Below are positions 1 through 8,390 of a stretch of 64,000 nucleotides of DNA, in pieces. Below the pieces are notes generated by a model, which worked only from the letters and a program-made list of their open reading frames with translations, did not search any database and had not been told where the DNA came from. The translations under genes were made by a program, and so were the position numbers. Each line of letters begins with the position of its first letter. Positions within the stretch are counted from its first letter, which is position 1. This DNA is from an uncultured Candidatus Saccharibacteria bacterium (lineage in GTDB: Bacteria; Patescibacteriota; Saccharimonadia; Saccharimonadales; Saccharimonadaceae). The stretch lies in assembly GCA_963547505.1 (NCBI GenBank), contig CAUUQV010000001.1, positions 4,310 to 68,309 of the forward strand. Reading direction: 5' to 3'.

Positions 1-114
1 CAGGTTGTCAATAAAACGGTCATCCTCCACACCTAACCGTGGATCGGATATATGATACTTCTTCACCAGCGCTTTTATTTTTTCTCTACTTAGTTTCTTG
101 TTAATAAAACTCAT
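1..114 (-). CDS. Partial hypothetical protein running off the window start (MSFINKKLSREKIKALVKKYHISDPRLGVEDDRFIDNL...)
   Basis: Open minus-strand frame from ATG at 114 (alternative ATG at 123), with a GGAGG-like RBS at ~125-129. Confidence 0.45.
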   Translation of the reverse strand, partial: MSFINKKLSREKIKALVKKYHISDPRLGVEDDRFIDNL

Positions 115-260
115 ATGTCCCATGCCCTCCGTCACTTATTTTAGCTTTATCGCTATTATAACGCTAAGCTGACTTCATTCACTTATATATTCTTTCAATA
201 TCGTCTTGTCTTTGAACACATCAAAATCTAATGTGCACAGCCCCAGATACTGCTCCAATG

Positions 261-1010
261 TTAAATTTGCCATCCACCTGCCCTCCATCCTTCAAACATG
301 TTAATTTTATCTTGCCTGCTATTTAACTTACGAAGGTCATCCAGTCGGACAATCAAGCCGTATCTATTCACCTTATCAAACCTAGAGAAGTATTTAATTG
401 TTACATCCGTCTCGTCCGGCAATAGAGTTGATATCTCAATTAGCTTATTTACGATGTCTTCTTTCTCGTCATCTGATAGGTTTTTCTTCAGTCTCTTGAT
501 GGTTAAGCCATAGGGGATTTGCTTGCCATATTTCTTAACTGCATCTTTGAAAGTCGGTACTTTGCCACGGACATCTATATCCATAGTATGAAGACTCATT
601 GATGATTGCACTTCTACAGTATAGTCAGTACCGTTGCCAAATAGTCGATATATCTCCGGCTTTAATCTCTCTGATTCTTCATTAGACCAGATAGCTCCGG
701 CGTACCCATCAAGCTTGCCAGTAGAGGAATACATCACATCAAACTTTATCTTTTTGTTGTTGACAGGATAAGCCACGGCAGTCAGATGACCCTCAATAGC
801 AAACATTGCTCCCTCTCGAACCGGCTTCCCGACTACGAACTCCCGACCACCGTATTTATCTTTCAGATATATAGCCATTTCTATTTGCTCTTTAGTGTAA
901 TCTCTCCAGATGAAGGTACGGGCAAGCACAACTATAATAAGGATAACTATTGGTACGATTACGAATACCTTGTGTTCCTTTATCTGTTTTCCTAACTTTG
1001 CTATACCCAT
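261..1010 (-). CDS. Hypothetical protein with N-terminal membrane anchor
   Basis: 249-aa ORF; hydrophobic stretch VFVIVPIVILIIVVLA after a basic N-terminus; AT-rich. Confidence 0.65.
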   Translation of the reverse strand: MGIAKLGKQIKEHKVFVIVPIVILIIVVLARTFIWRDYTKEQIEMAIYLKDKYGGREFVVGKPVREGAMFAIEGHLTAVAYPVNNKKIKFDVMYSSTGKLDGYAGAIWSNEESERLKPEIYRLFGNGTDYTVEVQSSMSLHTMDIDVRGKVPTFKDAVKKYGKQIPYGLTIKRLKKNLSDDEKEDIVNKLIEISTLLPDETDVTIKYFSRFDKVNRYGLIVRLDDLRKLNSRQDKINMFEGWRAGGWQI

Positions 1011-1109
1011 AATTGCTCTGACTCTTTATACTATAGATGATAGCATAGGTTGAATAGTGGCTGGATGATACGTGGCGGCTCCGTCCGTCGACGGCGTGGT
1101 CTTATAGCT

Positions 1110-2315
1110 TCAGTAGCTAAGCAGCCAGTTAATGGCGTTAATCTGCCTCACGCCGCGCCGGGAAACTTCTTCCGGATCAAGAGTGATAAGAACTTTGGGA
1201 TTGTGGTCAGGGATCTTGTCAAAGGGCGCCAACTCACACTCCAGTACCGTCTCGTCTCGTACCGTATAAGCAACCTGATAATACGTCAGGTAGCCTTCAT
1301 TATCACGAGCAACGAAATCTACCTCCCTTTCGCCGATCTTACCGACCCATATTTCATTGCCTCGTCGCCTCAATTCTAAGTAGATAATGTTCTCTAGTAG
1401 ATGACCGGCATCCTGACCGACTTCTTTACCCAGTAGCAAGTTGCGAAAACCAAGGTCAACAGTGTAGTACTTCTCCTGTGTCGCTAGATTTTGCTTACCC
1501 TTAATGTCAAATCGCTCAGCTTTATAAAGTACGAAGCTATCGCAGAGCGACTTCAAGTATGAATGAACCGTTCGGTAGTCAACCGTTTTATTGTCACTAG
1601 CGAGAACCCTAGCAATACCATTAGGCGACAGGCTCGAACCGATGGAATCCATCACGTAGTTAACTACGTTCTCAAAACTACGCTCAGCATATATCTGTTT
1701 ACGTGGAAGCATATCCCTTACCAAGATGTTTTCATATACGCTTCTCAGATAATTCATAACCAGAGCAGGATTCTGATGCATTAGCTCGGTAGCTTGGGGA
1801 AAGGCTGAGTAACGCATAAACTGTTCAAACTTCACGCTATCGTCAGCCGAGTTTGCGTAAGTCTGAGTAAACTCCCTAAATGAAAACGGCAGGATATTGA
1901 TCTCATAAGCCCGACCGGTCAGAATAGTAGCTAGCTCTGAGCTGAGTAGATAAGCATTTAAGCCGGTTACATACAGATCTATGTTTTCGTTGATATAGAG
2001 TCCATCAAGCAGCTTTTCGAATCCCGGGATATCCTGGACTTCATCAAGAAAAATATAGTTCAGCTCACCTTTCACTAGTTTCTTATCTATCAAGTCATAG
2101 ACTTCCCGCCAGTTAGTCATGTCATTATACTTTGGATCTTCAAGGTTGTATGACTGGATCCGACTCTTATCTATCTTTTGGGCTATTTCCTCCCTGAAGA
2201 GTTGCATCAAAGTAGACTTACCGGCACGACGCACACCGGTAATCACTTTAATAATATGTTTATCCTCTAACTCTCGCAGAGTTTTCAGATACTCCGCCCG
2301 TTCTATATACTTCAC
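1110..2315 (-). CDS. AAA_14 + DUF4143 family ATPase with C-terminal PD-(D/E)XK-like domain (paralogue 1)
   Basis: Walker A GVRRAGKS, Walker B IFLDEVQ, ENIIYLELRRRG, EVDFVA..YYQVA; probable start GTG 2315 behind TGCTATACT. Confidence 0.85.
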   Translation of the reverse strand: MKYIERAEYLKTLRELEDKHIIKVITGVRRAGKSTLMQLFREEIAQKIDKSRIQSYNLEDPKYNDMTNWREVYDLIDKKLVKGELNYIFLDEVQDIPGFEKLLDGLYINENIDLYVTGLNAYLLSSELATILTGRAYEINILPFSFREFTQTYANSADDSVKFEQFMRYSAFPQATELMHQNPALVMNYLRSVYENILVRDMLPRKQIYAERSFENVVNYVMDSIGSSLSPNGIARVLASDNKTVDYRTVHSYLKSLCDSFVLYKAERFDIKGKQNLATQEKYYTVDLGFRNLLLGKEVGQDAGHLLENIIYLELRRRGNEIWVGKIGEREVDFVARDNEGYLTYYQVAYTVRDETVLECELAPFDKIPDHNPKVLITLDPEEVSRRGVRQINAINWLLSY

Positions 2316-2336
2316 GATACCTACTAGTATAGCAGC

Positions 2337-2380
2337 AAAAATGCGAAAACTTAGCAAAAACGAGAAGTTTTCGCATTTTT
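2337..2380. promoter_or_regulatory. Palindromic operator-like site upstream of AAA paralogue 1
   Basis: AAAAATGCGAAAACTT-N12-AAGTTTTCGCATTTTT, perfect 16-bp arms, next to the minus-strand extended -10. Confidence 0.7.
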
Positions 2381-2497
2381 ATCCGGCTGATTAGTTATAC
2401 CACCAAGTTAAAGCCCCGTATTTTTACTCATATATGATGGGTTGGAGGATAAGGCGTACTGAATGACAGCCGTGAGTAATCTTGCTATACTGTCCTC

Positions 2498-3031
2498 ATG
2501 AAGCGTAAAGACAAAACTCCCATAGTATATGCATTCATCGACAGTCAAAACCTAAATCTTGGCATTAGATCTCAGGGTTGGGTGCTTGATTTTAAGAAGT
2601 TTCGACTCTACCTCAAAAATAAATATCATGTAGAGAAAGCTTATCTGTTTATTGGAATGGTACCCGGAAATGAACAGCTTTACACGCATCTGTCAGAGAT
2701 GGGCTATTCATTAGTCTTTAAGCCAACGGTAAAGTATAAGGTTGACGATAAGTACACCTACAAGGGCAATGTTGACGCTGAATTAGTGCTTTACGCCTCA
2801 GCTAGATGTTTCAAGGAATATGATAAAGCTATTATCGTATCCGGTGACGGCGATTTTAGTTGCTTAGCAAGATACCTCCAGGGAAAAGGTAAGCTCGGAG
2901 GACTAATATGCCCCAATAAACGATATTCCAGCTTATTGAGAGAATATCGTAATCACATCAATATTATCGGCGGAGCAAGGAATCGGCTGGAATATAAAAT
3001 GACCAGAAGCGGCGGTCGGTCGAAACCTTAG
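2498..3031 (+). CDS. NYN domain (LabA/DUF88, PIN-like) ribonuclease
   Basis: AFIDSQNL, KGNVDAEL and IIVSGDGDF catalytic Asp motifs; leaderless start 6 nt after TGCTATACT (2483-2491). Confidence 0.85.
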   Translation: MKRKDKTPIVYAFIDSQNLNLGIRSQGWVLDFKKFRLYLKNKYHVEKAYLFIGMVPGNEQLYTHLSEMGYSLVFKPTVKYKVDDKYTYKGNVDAELVLYASARCFKEYDKAIIVSGDGDFSCLARYLQGKGKLGGLICPNKRYSSLLREYRNHINIIGGARNRLEYKMTRSGGRSKP

Positions 3032-3053
3032 GCTTGTCTGGTCATGGTGATTA
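2994..3053 (-). ncRNA. Candidate small antisense hairpin RNA overlapping the NYN 3' end
   Basis: Minus-strand promoter at 3059-3086; stem ATGACCAGA/TCTGGTCAT (2999-3007 with 3037-3045); inner GGT-TTCG-ACC hairpin; followed by TTTAT. Confidence 0.5.
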
Positions 3054-3058
3054 GCTTA

Positions 3059-3086
3059 ATTGTAGCAAAATAGCACTCCATGTCAA
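3059..3086 (-). promoter_or_regulatory. Sigma70-type promoter pointing into the NYN 3' end
   Basis: TTGACA (3086-3081), 16 nt spacer, TACAAT (3064-3059) with extended TG. Confidence 0.6.
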
Positions 3087-3420
3087 GTCCCAGCAGGATA
3101 CAATGACTATTTCCCTATCTAGGACAAATCAATAAGTCATTACGCTCTCTCGGTAAATAGACTTAATTGGGTATCAGCTGGACAGGCCACAGCAGGATGT
3201 ATAACGCTATGATACATAAGGCAGATCGAGTGTGATTAGCCTTCATCGTGTATGACTGATGCTTACTAGCATCAGCTGGATAGGCCCCGCATTATCTCAT
3301 AAATAAGGTTACCCATTTGCTAGTCGTTAGCCCATAAGCCACGGTTACCCCACCGGAAGCAACTAAAATCCATATAACAAGCGTATGTAGTTGTTCGCAC
3401 TAACAGTAGTCGAATGTATT

Positions 3421-3464
3421 CCTACTGACAATTTCGGTGGCAAGTCACCTAAATTGTCAATAGG
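3421..3464. repeat. 44-bp imperfect palindrome, copy 1 (overlaps the -35 region of AAA paralogue 2)
   Basis: CCTACTGACAATTTCGGTG-GCAAGT-CACCTAAATTGTCAATAGG. Confidence 0.9.
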
Positions 3465-3504
3465 AACAAATGTGTGCTTTAATTAGAGCAGAAAAGGAGT
3501 CTAC

Positions 3505-4773
3505 ATGAAGGAAATTAAACGAGATACTTATCTAAAGGAGCTAATTGATCGGAGAGGCATCCCCCTTATCAAGGTAATCACCGGCGTCCGTCGATGCGGG
3601 AAGTCATATCTCTTAAACCCTATCTTCAAGGATTACCTGATCTCTGATGGAGTACCGGAGGATCATATCATCTATCTCAACCTGGAGTTACTCGAAAATG
3701 AGAAGCTTCACGATCGTGAGGCTCTCCACGCATTTATCTTAGACCAGGTAAAGGATAACTCCGAGTACTTTCTTCTCTTAGACGAGATCCAGCTAGTCAA
3801 TAGATTTGAGAGTGTCCTCAGCAGCTTCCTCGCTAAAGGCAACCTGAATGTTTATGTTACCGGCAGCAACTCCAAGTTCCTCTCGAGTGACATCGTGACT
3901 GAGTTTCGCGGCAGGAGTGAGCAGATTCATATGTATCCGCTTAGCTTTGCTGAGTTTATGACTGCCTATGAGGGCAATAAGTATGATGGTTGGCAGGAAT
4001 ACATCCGCTATGGTGGCCTCCCTCTCATCATGCACTACTCCGACAGCAGGCAAAAGATGTCCTATCTAAACGAGGTTCAGCAAAACATCTATCTCAAAGA
4101 TATCATTGAACGTCACAGCGTGAGAAATGATACTGCTCTCCGATCGCTTATCGAGATCGTTGCCTCCAGTGTCGGCTCACTGACTAACCCGTATAAGCTG
4201 GAGAATACTTTTAAGAGCAAGGTAAACGTAAGTCTGAGCCATAATACTATCAACGATTATCTCAGCAAGCTAGAGGAGTCTTATATCATCGAATGTGCCA
4301 AGAGATTCGATGTCAAAGGTAAACAGTATATGGATACTCCGGTGAAATACTACTTCACCGACATCGGTATTCGCAACTCGTTTGTTGGCTTCCGCCAGAT
4401 AGAAGAGAATCATATCATGGAGAATGTCATCTATAATGAGCTCCGTCACCGTGGTTATCAGGTTGATGTCGGAGTTGTAGAGATTTATGAGCGTGACCTA
4501 AAGACTATGGAAAAGAGCAAGAAGCATGTCGAAATCGATTTCGTGGCTAACCAGGGCGACCGTAAATATTACATCCAGTCAGCACTCACCATAAACGATA
4601 CCGAGAAGAGAGCAATTGAGGCTCGTCCGCTTAATAATATCGACGACTTCTTCAAAAGAATCATCGTCACCGGCGATCTGATGCTACCGGGCCGTGAAGA
4701 GAACGGCATTGTCATCATGAACACTCTAGACTTCCTGCTAAATGAAGATAGTCTAGATAGAGAGATGTCATAA
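3505..4773 (+). CDS. AAA_14 + DUF4143 family ATPase (paralogue 2)
   Basis: GVRRCGKS, LLLDEIQ, VTGSNS, ENVIYNELRHRG, EIDFVA..YYIQSA; AAGGAG RBS. Confidence 0.9.
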   Translation: MKEIKRDTYLKELIDRRGIPLIKVITGVRRCGKSYLLNPIFKDYLISDGVPEDHIIYLNLELLENEKLHDREALHAFILDQVKDNSEYFLLLDEIQLVNRFESVLSSFLAKGNLNVYVTGSNSKFLSSDIVTEFRGRSEQIHMYPLSFAEFMTAYEGNKYDGWQEYIRYGGLPLIMHYSDSRQKMSYLNEVQQNIYLKDIIERHSVRNDTALRSLIEIVASSVGSLTNPYKLENTFKSKVNVSLSHNTINDYLSKLEESYIIECAKRFDVKGKQYMDTPVKYYFTDIGIRNSFVGFRQIEENHIMENVIYNELRHRGYQVDVGVVEIYERDLKTMEKSKKHVEIDFVANQGDRKYYIQSALTINDTEKRAIEARPLNNIDDFFKRIIVTGDLMLPGREENGIVIMNTLDFLLNEDSLDREMS

Positions 4774-4831
4774 CTAAACTATTAGCTTAGTAGTAGAGAT
4801 ATCACTCTATCAGGTCTAACAAAACCCGGTA

Positions 4832-4875
4832 TCTACTGACAATTTCGGTGGCAAGTCACCTAAATTGTCAGTAGG
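4832..4875. repeat. 44-bp imperfect palindrome, copy 2 (direct repeat of 3421-3464), between convergent AAA paralogue 2 and lepA
   Basis: 42/44 identical to copy 1 by manual alignment. Confidence 0.9.
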
Positions 4876-4889
4876 CCGTCGTCTTTCAC

Positions 4890-6683
4890 TCAGTCTCGTT
4901 TGAGCATCACCGTGAAGGCGTCGGCGGGGATGTCAACCTTACCGAAGCGCTTCATCCGCTTCTTGCCTCGCCGTTGCTTGTCAAGCAACTTGGCTCGCCG
5001 GTCGGGATCTCCGGTGTGAATCTTAACCGTGACATCCTTGCGATAAGACGATAAATCTTCTCGAGCGATAAACTTACCACCAATGCCCGCCTGTAAGCTA
5101 ACGGCAAACTGTTGTCTGGGAATCACCTCCTTTAATTTACGAACCATCTCTCGCCCCAGCTTAGCCGACTCGGAGCGATGGCACATCAGACTGAGCGCCG
5201 ACACCAATTCACCGGCTACGTAGAAATCAACCCGCACCAGATCGCCCTCTCGGTAGCCAATCAGGTCGTAATTGTATGTCCCATAGCCCGAGGTCAAGCT
5301 CTTGAGCTGGTCGTAAAAATCAGTCAACAGGTTCGCCATCGGTGCTTCGAAATCAATTACCGCCCGTTCACCGATATAGCTAATGTTCTTCTGTAGCCCT
5401 CGCTTCTTGACGATCAGCTGGATGACCGAACCAACGTAATCAACCGGCACTACTATCTCACCACCGATCCACGGCTCAGCGATGCTAGCTACCTTACTCC
5501 GATCAGGTAGTTCATCAGCCGATTCGATAGTCAGCGTCGTGCCGTCGGTTAGCTTGACCTGATAGCTCGTTGAGGGGTTGGTGACTATGAGCTCCAGTCC
5601 ATACTCCCGTTCCAGCCTCTCCCGCACGATGTCCATATGAAGTAACCCTAGGAAACCAAGCCTCAGACCGAAACCAAGCACCGGTGAATTCTCGGGCGTG
5701 TAGTGTAAAACACTATCGCTCAGGCTCAGCTTCTCGACCGCCTCTTTCAGGGCATCATAGTATTCATTAGAGGTAGGGAAAAAGCCGGCATAGACGAACG
5801 GCTTGACCTCCCGATAGCCCGGTAGAGGCTTGACCTTAGCCGAGTCCGGTTCGCCCGACCCGACCGTTACCGTATCACCAACCCGAGCTTCCCGAGTCGT
5901 CTTAAGGTTAGTCACGATATAGCCAATCTGGCCGGTTGCCAGAGCCGAATCAGCCATCATGCCCGGCGCCAGATGCCCTACTTCCAGTGCTAATGCCTTC
6001 GCCCCGGTCGCCATCATCCGAATAGAAGCACCTTTAGCCAGCTGCCCGTCAACCAGTCGCACATATAGCACGACACCCCGATAATCGTCGTAGTAGCTGT
6101 CAAAGATTAGCGCTCTGGTCGGCGCCGCTTGGTCGCCCTGTGGTGCCGGAATACGCTTGATGATCGCCTCCAGCACCCGGTCAACATTCTGCCCTGTCTT
6201 AGCGCTGACTTTGATAATATCCGCCTCTTCACAGCCCAGCAGACTAATGAGCTGAGCACTGACTTTGGCCGTATCCGAAGCCGGCAAATCAATCTTATTA
6301 AGCACCGGGATGATGGTCAAGTTAGCCTCCATCGCTAAGTAGACATTTGTCAGAGTCTGAGCCTGGATGCCCTGAGTAGCATCAACCACCAGCACTGCTC
6401 CTTCGCAAGCCTCCAACGAGCGTGACACCTCATAAGAGAAATCAACATGCCCCGGCGTATCAATCAGATTAAGGTCATAGCCTCGGTAGCGCATCCTAAC
6501 CGGCGATAGCTTAATGGTGATACCCTTCTCCCGCTCCAGCTCCATCGAGTCAAGCAACTGTTGCTTCATGGCTCGCTTCTCTACTGTACCGGTTAACTCC
6601 ATCATCCGGTCAGCCAGAGTCGATTTACCATGGTCAATATGAGCAATGATGCAAAAGTTGCGCAAGTTCGCTAGACTAGTCAT
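4890..6683 (-). CDS. lepA: Elongation factor 4 (LepA)
   Basis: RNFCIIAHIDHGKSTLADR, DTPGHVDFSYEVSRSL, C-terminal GKKRMK. Confidence 0.97.
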   Translation of the reverse strand: MTSLANLRNFCIIAHIDHGKSTLADRMMELTGTVEKRAMKQQLLDSMELEREKGITIKLSPVRMRYRGYDLNLIDTPGHVDFSYEVSRSLEACEGAVLVVDATQGIQAQTLTNVYLAMEANLTIIPVLNKIDLPASDTAKVSAQLISLLGCEEADIIKVSAKTGQNVDRVLEAIIKRIPAPQGDQAAPTRALIFDSYYDDYRGVVLYVRLVDGQLAKGASIRMMATGAKALALEVGHLAPGMMADSALATGQIGYIVTNLKTTREARVGDTVTVGSGEPDSAKVKPLPGYREVKPFVYAGFFPTSNEYYDALKEAVEKLSLSDSVLHYTPENSPVLGFGLRLGFLGLLHMDIVRERLEREYGLELIVTNPSTSYQVKLTDGTTLTIESADELPDRSKVASIAEPWIGGEIVVPVDYVGSVIQLIVKKRGLQKNISYIGERAVIDFEAPMANLLTDFYDQLKSLTSGYGTYNYDLIGYREGDLVRVDFYVAGELVSALSLMCHRSESAKLGREMVRKLKEVIPRQQFAVSLQAGIGGKFIAREDLSSYRKDVTVKIHTGDPDRRAKLLDKQRRGKKRMKRFGKVDIPADAFTVMLKRD

Positions 6684-8380
6684 TTATCTTTACCCAGCAT
6701 GAAGCGCCCGCTCACTATCCGACCAAGCTTAGTAATGATCGGTTCCGCCTCTTCAATCCTCAGCAGCCGAGATGCACCGAGGTAAACCAGGATGCTGACC
6801 GTCCCGATGACAGCTAGCGGGATTAATACCATGATCATATTCTGATTCTCAAACTTCAGATTGATCCGCTGTACCATCAAGTAAGTAACGACCGACATCA
6901 CGCCACAGGCAATCAGCATCCGACTGATCTTGTGCCAGAATTGACTGTCAAATAGGTTCGGCACCCGACGCAAGATTAGTACCGTTAGGCTGGTCAGCTC
7001 CAAAAGCGCCCAGATTACTTGCGCCCAAGCTATACCTCCCGCCCCCATATGCCAGCCGAAGACCAGCCAAATCTCCAGCCCGACCGAGACAGCCAAGGTC
7101 ACCAGTGATACTAATAAGGGTGTCTTGGTGTCTTGGAAAGCATAGAAGCTCCGCGACATAATGTGAAAGACTGATCTGAGGAAGATAGCTAGACAAAAGA
7201 TGCCTAAGAGCATAGCGATAGTTCCGTTGCCACCACGGTCAATGATAGAGACAATATAGCCCCGGCAGAAGAACATCAGCATGGCAATCGGTAGACTAAA
7301 CCAGATGATCATCCGCATCGCCGAACGAAGCTCCTTGGCAAATAAGTCCCGACGTCCCTCGCCGATTCGCTCAGTTAGCTGAGGAAAAGCAGCCGTAGCA
7401 ATCGCCACCCCCACCAAATTAATCGGCATATTGTAGAGTGTACTCGCCTGCTGATAAGCCCGGATCGTCCCGTCCGCCATTCGACTAGCCAGGTTGGTGT
7501 CAATGATCGAACTGACATAGTCAAGCCCCTGATCAGCTGAGCGGGCTGGCAACAAGGTCAGGATCTTGCGAAAGCCCCGATTGCGCCAGTAAATCTTAAA
7601 CCGATAGTCAAAGCCTAGCCCAAGCAGCCCCAGACTGGATACGATTAGCTGGAGTACCGCCCCTAATACTACTCCTAGTGCTACGCCCATGATCCCGCCA
7701 CCAAAGATCTGATGACCGAATAGGTTGATCCCACCGGTAAACCAAATCGCCCCGATAATAATGCCTAAGTTATACATAGTTGGAGCTAGAGCATTAAAGA
7801 CGAACCGTCCAACCGCTTGCTGCACCGAGGAAATGACCGTCGCCACAGCAAACAAGAAGGGGTTAATGGCAATCACCCGCATCATACTGATAGCTAGCTC
7901 TTGACCCGACTCCGACAGCCCCGGCCCGACGACATATTTGACTAAGATCGGAGCAAAAATCATGATCAGCACCGAAGTCGCCATGGTGACCAGCGCTAAG
8001 AAGTTGATCAGGCTGGTACTCATCTGCCAGGCACTCTCCCGATTGTTCTTAGCCAGACGAGAGTTAAAGACCGGGATAAAGGTCACTGCCAGCGCCCCAC
8101 TGACTAAGAGTAGGTACATGAAGTCGGGAATAGTAAAGGCCACCGTATAGGCATCTATCCCCACCTTGTAGGTATCAAGATACATCGAATTAAGCAAACG
8201 ATCTCGATAGATCCCCAGTAAAGCTGAGACCAAAGTCGAGCTGGACAGGATGACTGCCGCCAGACGAACACTCATCTTCTGATTAGCTCGAGCGATGGCC
8301 ACCAGCGCCCGATTGCGTCGACGTTGGCGCTGGATTTTATTACGATCGGCGACTAGCTTATCTCCGCTCAGAAATAACAT
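6680..8380 (-). CDS. murJ: Lipid II flippase MurJ/MviN
   Basis: LGIYRD..DAYTVAFTIPD, GALAVTFIPVF, FYAFQDTKTPL; many TM helices; start uncertain. Confidence 0.9.
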   Translation of the reverse strand: MLFLSGDKLVADRNKIQRQRRRNRALVAIARANQKMSVRLAAVILSSSTLVSALLGIYRDRLLNSMYLDTYKVGIDAYTVAFTIPDFMYLLLVSGALAVTFIPVFNSRLAKNNRESAWQMSTSLINFLALVTMATSVLIMIFAPILVKYVVGPGLSESGQELAISMMRVIAINPFLFAVATVISSVQQAVGRFVFNALAPTMYNLGIIIGAIWFTGGINLFGHQIFGGGIMGVALGVVLGAVLQLIVSSLGLLGLGFDYRFKIYWRNRGFRKILTLLPARSADQGLDYVSSIIDTNLASRMADGTIRAYQQASTLYNMPINLVGVAIATAAFPQLTERIGEGRRDLFAKELRSAMRMIIWFSLPIAMLMFFCRGYIVSIIDRGGNGTIAMLLGIFCLAIFLRSVFHIMSRSFYAFQDTKTPLLVSLVTLAVSVGLEIWLVFGWHMGAGGIAWAQVIWALLELTSLTVLILRRVPNLFDSQFWHKISRMLIACGVMSVVTYLMVQRINLKFENQNMIMVLIPLAVIGTVSILVYLGASRLLRIEEAEPIITKLGRIVSGRFMLGKDK

Positions 8381-8390
8381 GTCGCCCCTC

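Noticed and set aside
1050..1379. 109-aa ORF and the many other short ORFs antisense to or nested in long genes
   Set aside because: These are shadow frames of well-supported genes
3090..3464. Possible CRISPR array
   Set aside because: Repeats are too few and too degenerate, and there are no cas genes in the window
3421..4875. IS element or integron cassette interpretation
   Set aside because: No transposase or integrase and no clear attC core sites; retained only as an unexplained repeat-flanked gene
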